IMG/VR virus record: IMGVR_UViG_3300037296_000406
DNA length: 64,000 nucleotides
From: an uncultured virus (IMG/VR IMGVR_UViG_3300037296_000406)
Lineage: Duplodnaviria > Heunggongvirae > Uroviricota > Caudoviricetes
Strand: one strand, 5' to 3'
Part shown: positions 59,178 to 64,000 of the stretch, in pieces
Layout of the letters: the number at the start of each line of letters is the position of its first letter
Numbering within the stretch: position 1 is the stretch's first letter
The notes under the pieces: model-generated
What the model was told of the DNA's origin: nothing
Seen by the model: the letters and a program-made list of their open reading frames with translations, nothing else
The model's database searches: none
Translations under genes and position numbers: made by a program

Positions 59178-59366
59178 ATGAAAAATATTATTATATTAAG
59201 TGCCCTATTTTTATTATCATCTTGTTCTATTCTTTTAAGTAATGAAAGCCCTGAACTAGTTACTGAAAAAAGTTGTAAACAGACCTGTATGGTGACTAAT
59301 AGAATTTACGTATCTTATGACAAAGACTTCGGTTGTATGTGTCAAAGTTATACTCAAGAAAAATAA
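59178..59366 (+). CDS. Small Cys-rich lipoprotein
   Basis: Lipobox LSSC; CKQTC...CMC. Confidence 0.65.
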   Translation: MKNIIILSALFLLSSCSILLSNESPELVTEKSCKQTCMVTNRIYVSYDKDFGCMCQSYTQEK

Positions 59367-59374
59367 GGAATAAT

Positions 59375-59923
59375 ATGAAAATTGGAATCATTGGTCCCCC
59401 CGGAGCTGGAAAAACAACACTGGCTGCAGGTCTCTTCTATAATTTAAAAAAATTAGGAAAAACTATTGAATTAGTTCCTGAGTTGATTAAATATAAAGTT
59501 TATCAAGGAAGAGATTTTGCTCGAACTGGTTTTGATATTGCAAATAATCTTGAACAACGTTCATTTGAAGAAAGTTTCTCAAATGCTGTTCCTCCCATTG
59601 ATTTTATTTTATGTGAAGCTCCTTTATGTAATGGATTTTTTTATGCATCTTATTACAATAAAGAAGATGAAGCTAAGATATTGAGAAAAATAGCTAAAGA
59701 AACGATCAATAACTACGATATCATACTACAATTACCTATGGAATTAGAATCAAAAGAAAATTACCAACAACACGGTAGAAAAGAAACTTATGATCAGTCT
59801 AAAGAACTTAATGATTTTATTTTTAATGAATTTAAAAAATTAGGATTTAAAAAAAATATCATTAAAGTCAATTCTAGAGATGATATTATGCAAACAATTG
59901 CAATGATTCTTCAATTAAAATAA
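59375..59923 (+). CDS. P-loop NTPase/kinase, AAA_28/NadR-like (start revised to ATG 59375)
   Basis: IGIIGPPGAGKTT; VPE; ILCEAPL; YQQHGR; AAGGAA SD. Confidence 0.7.
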   Translation: MKIGIIGPPGAGKTTLAAGLFYNLKKLGKTIELVPELIKYKVYQGRDFARTGFDIANNLEQRSFEESFSNAVPPIDFILCEAPLCNGFFYASYYNKEDEAKILRKIAKETINNYDIILQLPMELESKENYQQHGRKETYDQSKELNDFIFNEFKKLGFKKNIIKVNSRDDIMQTIAMILQLK

Positions 59924-59970
59924 TTTTTAAATTTATTTTTGTTTTTTCTTAATAACACCTTTAAAAATCA

Positions 59971-59978
59971 ACCATTTA
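59971..59978 (+). promoter_or_regulatory. TCCATTTA-family motif (ACCATTTA)
   Basis: 29 nt upstream of lon ATG, AAGGA SD in between. Confidence 0.6.
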
Positions 59979-60007
59979 TTTTTTATAGACAACTATAAGG
60001 AATTTAA

Positions 60008-62317
60008 ATGAATAATAAAGATTTAGCAGAACTTAAAATTATTAAAGAAAAGACAAAAGATGTCCCTCTTATTATTATTGCAAATAATGTAATTCATCCT
60101 AACCTATATCTACCTCTAGGAGGATTCTCTCAAGAAGATAAAGATACTTTACAGAAATCTAAAGATGATTGTGATGGATACTTTGTTATATCAACAAAAA
60201 TAGATGATGTTAGTGGAAGTCGCAATGACTTAGTATATAAAATTGGTACTTTATGTAAAATAACTAAACTTGATTTTGTTGATGGAGAAGTTATTTTAAA
60301 ATATGATTCGCTATTTAAGTACAGTATAAACTCTCTCAATGTTTTAGGTAAGATAAGATTAGCAAGAGGAGAAGCTCTAACTCAAGACGTTTTAGTTGAA
60401 ATAACTGATGATATTTGGGAAGTTCATGATATGGTTTTTGATTCTATAGTAGAATATTTAAGAATTTTTAATCCATCAGTTTTAGAAAAATATAGAGAAA
60501 CTACTTTCGCTTCACCAGAAGATTTAAGTCCTCTAGAACTTATAGGCGTATGTTTTGCAAATTTGAACATGAATGTTAACGTTAAACAAAGTATTCTAGA
60601 AAGTTCGGATATCAAGAAAAACTTAAATACTATATTAAAAGTAATAAACATAGGATTGAAATTAAAAAAATCTATTGACGACAAGCCAAATCAAACGATA
60701 CAAGAATTATTAAATAACGAGGCTCAAGACTCATTGAATGACGAGCAAGATTTTTTACAAAAAATTCAATCACGAGAATTCCCTGAAGAAGTTAAAAAAA
60801 TTGTTGATAGAGATGTTAAGCGATTATCATCCATGTCACCTAATGGTTCCGAATATCATTCAATAGAGAATTATTTAAATACATTATACGATTATCCTTG
60901 GAAAGAATTTTCTGTAGAATCTGTTGACTTAGTTAAGACAAAAGCTATTCTAGAGAATGACCATTTTGGTCTTGATAAAGTTAAAAAAAGAATCATTAGA
61001 CAATTAGCAACATATAAATTAACTAATAAAAAAAATGGTCTAATAATCTGTCTAGATGGACCTCCGGGCGTTGGGAAAACATCAATATGTAAAAGTATTG
61101 CTGAGTCTCTAAATAGGAAATATGTTCGAATAGGTTTAGGTGGTGTCAGTGATGAGGCTGAAATTAGAGGTCACAGGAAAACTTATGTTGGTTCTATGAC
61201 TGGGAAAATAGTTAGTGCGATAATTAAGTCTAAAGTAAACAACCCACTTATTGTTCTTGATGAGATTGATAAAGTTGGACAAAGCTCGGTTAAAGGTAGT
61301 GTAGAGGCAGCTCTTTTAGAAGTTCTCGACCCTGAACAAAATACAAGTTTTAATGACCATTTTATGAATACTCCTGTTGACCTTTCTGACGTATTATTTA
61401 TAGCAACCTCGAATGATATAAGTAGAATATCAAGACCACTTAGAGATAGAATGGAAATAATACATTTAGGAAGCTATACTTCTCAAGATAAATTTCATAT
61501 TGCAAAAAAATATTTAATTCCAAAAGAAAAATTAAGACTTGGACTTGAAAAATACACAATAAAATTTAATGATTCTGTAATTAGTCATTTAATAGATGAT
61601 TACACAAGAGAGTCTGGTGTAAGGGGTCTTAAAAAAGTTATTACAGAAATTTATCAACATTGTGCAGAAAAAATTCTTCTCGATAAAAAACACAAAATAA
61701 CAATTTCAAAAAAGAATCTATCTGATTTTCTTGAGCGTAAAGCTATCCCTAAAGAAGATAAGCCTAAATATTTAAGGTCTGGTGTAATTAATGGTCTAGC
61801 TTGGACACCTGTTGGTGGTGAAGTTCTAATGGTAGAAAGTTTAACTCATCGAGGAAATGGTAAAATATCTGTTACAGGTAAGCTTGGTGACGTGATGAAA
61901 GAATCTGCACAAATAGCTTTATCATTAGTAAAAGTTATTTGTGAAGAGGATTCTATTAATTTTCCTTTTAACGAACAAGATATTCATATACACTTTCCTG
62001 CAGGTGCAACGCCTAAAGATGGACCTAGTGCAGGAATAACCCTCGTATCATCATTATATTCTTTAGTTACAAACAAGAAAGTAAAATCCTCTATTGCTAT
62101 GACTGGAGAGATTTCATTAAGAGGAGAAATATTACCTGTTGGAGGAATTAAAGAAAAAATATTAGGTGCTTATAAAAGAGGAATTAAAACTGTTCTAATT
62201 CCAAAAAGCAACGCAATTGATTTAGAAGAAATTCCAGAAGAAGTACTTAATGATAAAACTTTTAATATAAATTTGGTATCGCATTATAAAGATGTCTTAA
62301 GTATTTTATTCAAATAA
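60008..62317 (+). CDS. lon: ATP-dependent Lon protease
   Basis: DHFGLDKVK; GPPGVGKTS; EIRGHRKTYVG; LDEIDK; LRDRME; PKDGPSAG (catalytic Ser); VGGIKEK. Confidence 0.95.
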   Translation: MNNKDLAELKIIKEKTKDVPLIIIANNVIHPNLYLPLGGFSQEDKDTLQKSKDDCDGYFVISTKIDDVSGSRNDLVYKIGTLCKITKLDFVDGEVILKYDSLFKYSINSLNVLGKIRLARGEALTQDVLVEITDDIWEVHDMVFDSIVEYLRIFNPSVLEKYRETTFASPEDLSPLELIGVCFANLNMNVNVKQSILESSDIKKNLNTILKVINIGLKLKKSIDDKPNQTIQELLNNEAQDSLNDEQDFLQKIQSREFPEEVKKIVDRDVKRLSSMSPNGSEYHSIENYLNTLYDYPWKEFSVESVDLVKTKAILENDHFGLDKVKKRIIRQLATYKLTNKKNGLIICLDGPPGVGKTSICKSIAESLNRKYVRIGLGGVSDEAEIRGHRKTYVGSMTGKIVSAIIKSKVNNPLIVLDEIDKVGQSSVKGSVEAALLEVLDPEQNTSFNDHFMNTPVDLSDVLFIATSNDISRISRPLRDRMEIIHLGSYTSQDKFHIAKKYLIPKEKLRLGLEKYTIKFNDSVISHLIDDYTRESGVRGLKKVITEIYQHCAEKILLDKKHKITISKKNLSDFLERKAIPKEDKPKYLRSGVINGLAWTPVGGEVLMVESLTHRGNGKISVTGKLGDVMKESAQIALSLVKVICEEDSINFPFNEQDIHIHFPAGATPKDGPSAGITLVSSLYSLVTNKKVKSSIAMTGEISLRGEILPVGGIKEKILGAYKRGIKTVLIPKSNAIDLEEIPEEVLNDKTFNINLVSHYKDVLSILFK

Positions 62318-63487
62318 AATTAATCCCTCTAAAAGAATTCCACCAGAATTTTTGAGGGATATTTCATTACACATTTTTGTATTTTCTTCAATTTTAATTA
62401 TCTTATAATAAAAAATTTCTTTTTCATATTCTATATCCCAATAAGATATTACTGAATCCTTTACTAATCTATTTTTATTAGTACGAATCCTTTTAAAAGA
62501 TTCATAAGTTTTATTAGTTGATTTTACTTTTTTATTTGCTAAATTAGGAACTTTAACATTAAAATTTCTTTTTAATTTAGATAGGTCAATATCTTCATTA
62601 AAATTTATTCCTAAAGCACTTAATTCTGATAACGGAAGTTCTCTTGATGCGCCTATTATATTTAGGTAATTAATCGTAGAACCATTTCCTGATTTTGTTA
62701 TTTTTTTTGAAATAATAAATCCTAAATTTTTTAGGATGGAACTTAAATAATTAATAAACAACCCAGAGGCTCTTGAAAAAACTACTTTAGATTTTTCCTG
62801 ATAAGACTTGAAGCTTAATCCAGCTACGTAAGCTAATTGCTCATCTACGGAAGCTTGCTGAATTATCGGTGCAATTTTCTTAAACTTATTTTTCAATCCA
62901 AATTGTTGTTTTAAAAAATTAACAACATTAGCTGAATATATTACTATATAATCTTTATTATGCTTCTTAATCAAGTCAGGAGTTAAGTCAAATACTTCTT
63001 TTGTTAACTTAACTAAATCTTTCTGTAGTTGAGTGTTTTTAGCAACTTCAATAAATATTGTATTTTTAGTATTGTTAATGTGTCCTCTTGATGAATATAT
63101 ACCAAACCAATAAGCTAATTTTAAATCCATTTTAGATGGAATTCTAATTGGAATGTATCTAGTTCTGAACTCATCTTTCCATCCAATTTCTTTATTGGCT
63201 ATTGGAGAGAAAAAACTATTAAGCTTAAACCCTATATGTTGACCAGTTTCTATACGTTCAACTAAAGATATTCCATCTAGAGTTATAACACTATTTTTAT
63301 TAGCTAAAAAAAACACTTCTCCATTTTCTAATGTAATATTTTTACCAGAAACCTCAGAACTTCCTAAATCTTTAATAATCTGAATCTTATTTTCATAAGT
63401 TTTCAAGATAAGATTTGAATAAAGCTGAGAAGCTCTAAACATTCCTTTGGCAGTAAAAATATTATTTTTATTATCTAAATAAATCAT
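62306..63487 (-). CDS. Stand-alone degenerate intein-like (Hint + LAGLIDADG) protein (start revised to ATG 63487)
   Basis: Block A-like YLDNKNNIFTAKG; block B-like ITLENGEVFFLANKNSVIT; LAGLIDADG-like LAYWFGIYSSRG and QLAYVAGLSFKS; block F/G-like KIIKIEE...NEISL...GILLEGLILFE. Confidence 0.6.
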   Translation of the reverse strand: MIYLDNKNNIFTAKGMFRASQLYSNLILKTYENKIQIIKDLGSSEVSGKNITLENGEVFFLANKNSVITLDGISLVERIETGQHIGFKLNSFFSPIANKEIGWKDEFRTRYIPIRIPSKMDLKLAYWFGIYSSRGHINNTKNTIFIEVAKNTQLQKDLVKLTKEVFDLTPDLIKKHNKDYIVIYSANVVNFLKQQFGLKNKFKKIAPIIQQASVDEQLAYVAGLSFKSYQEKSKVVFSRASGLFINYLSSILKNLGFIISKKITKSGNGSTINYLNIIGASRELPLSELSALGINFNEDIDLSKLKRNFNVKVPNLANKKVKSTNKTYESFKRIRTNKNRLVKDSVISYWDIEYEKEIFYYKIIKIEENTKMCNEISLKNSGGILLEGLILFE

Positions 63488-63489
63488 TT

Positions 63490-64000
63490 TTAATTTGTAA
63501 GAAACCAAGCCTGATAATCTAATAATATCTCATCAAAAATTGAAGACTTATCATCTATCTTTAAGCTTAATTCTTTAATTAACTCCTCTCTATTAACATC
63601 TTTTTGTCCAAGAACTTCATCAAAGTAATTTTCTAACACAATTGGAACTGACGCAAAATTTTCTTTTTTCTCTTTAATATAAAAATCAAAAAAATCTAAA
63701 TCTTTATCCCAAATAATAAACTTCAATTGATTCTCACATGAATCAAAATTCTCCATATATCTAGATAAGGTAGATTCAAATTCTCTTTGATTATTTACCA
63801 AAGGGTCGTTGTTCCAATCTTTTGTATCTTTAATTCCTAACTTACGCTTACTTACGTAAGAAAAATTAGTTTCTATTTGCTTATCAATAAAATACTTATG
63901 CTTTTCTTTTCCATGAAGAACTGTTAAAAGTAAGACTCTATAGACCTCATTTTTTTCATTTCTTAAGCAATGTATTAATATATTTGGGCTATCTTCAGCA
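63490..64000 (-). CDS. Hypothetical protein, 5' end outside the window
   Basis: Frame of ORF 63490..63801 stays open to the window end by hand translation (AEDSPNILIHCLRNEKNEVYRVLLL...). Confidence 0.7.
   Translation of the reverse strand, partial: AEDSPNILIHCLRNEKNEVYRVLLLTVLHGKEKHKYFIDKQIETNFSYVSKRKLGIKDTKDWNNDPLVNNQREFESTLSRYMENFDSCENQLKFIIWDKDLDFFDFYIKEKKENFASVPIVLENYFDEVLGQKDVNREELIKELSLKIDDKSSIFDEILLDYQAWFLTN

Noticed and set aside
2568..60684. Many short ORFs antisense to or nested in long genes (e.g. 2568..2804, 12842..13303, 14111..14455, 45867..46271, 57177..57527, 60130..60339)
   Set aside because: Ser/Phe/Leu-rich shadows of Lys/Glu-rich genes, fully overlapping well-supported CDSs, with no recognisable motifs.
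21801..63508. ORF-track starts at 22151, 24014, 42193, 56691, 59333 and 63508
   Set aside because: Downstream ATGs (22109, 24062, 42166, 56739, 59375, 63487) fit SD or promoter-motif position better and, in several cases, avoid overlaps.
1..64000. CRISPR array, tRNA/rRNA genes, IS/transposase, integrase
   Set aside because: Intergenic gaps are all under ~215 nt with no repeat-spacer periodicity or cloverleaf; no transposase or integrase motifs recognised.
1..64000. Stop-codon reassignment as seen in some jumbo phages
   Set aside because: Standard-code ORFs tile the window densely with full-length conserved proteins; TAG (32670) and TGA (43315) both act as stops.
1..64000. Phage virion genes (giant ORFs as tail fibres, VirB6-like ORF as tape measure)
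   Set aside because: Both giant ORFs start with lipoprotein signal peptides, and the 1,074-aa ORF is polytopic and sits in a virB cluster; no capsid, portal or terminase motifs seen.

Overview
AT-rich (roughly 25-30% GC by eye), densely coding, standard-code segment of what looks like a large extrachromosomal element (jumbo-phage-like replicon or megaplasmid). It interleaves: (i) a T4-like replication/recombination set (gp41/DnaB-type helicase, gp32-like SSB, possible UvsY, RecA, UvsW-like helicase, TOPRIM primase, SbcD/SbcC = gp47/gp46, HARP-like SNF2, thymidine kinase); (ii) a divergent VirB-type type IV secretion set (VirB8-, VirB6-, VirB4-, VirB3-like, three VirB2-like pilins, two paralogous secreted proteins, one in the VirB5 position) plus an FtsK/SpoIIIE-type ATPase; (iii) two giant (2.3-2.5 kaa) surface lipoproteins, each beside an outer-membrane beta-barrel gene; (iv) three divergent sigma-factor-like genes; (v) Lon and a stand-alone, apparently dead intein/LAGLIDADG protein. 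The main non-coding signal is an octamer, consensus TCCATTTA, on the coding strand upstream of 25 genes. It sits either 6-9 nt before an ATG with no Shine-Dalgarno (leaderless-like) or 15-84 nt upstream with an SD in between, consistent with an element-specific -10-only promoter. No capsid/tail/terminase genes, relaxase, tRNA, rRNA or CRISPR array were recognised. All family calls are from motif recognition by eye, not database searches.
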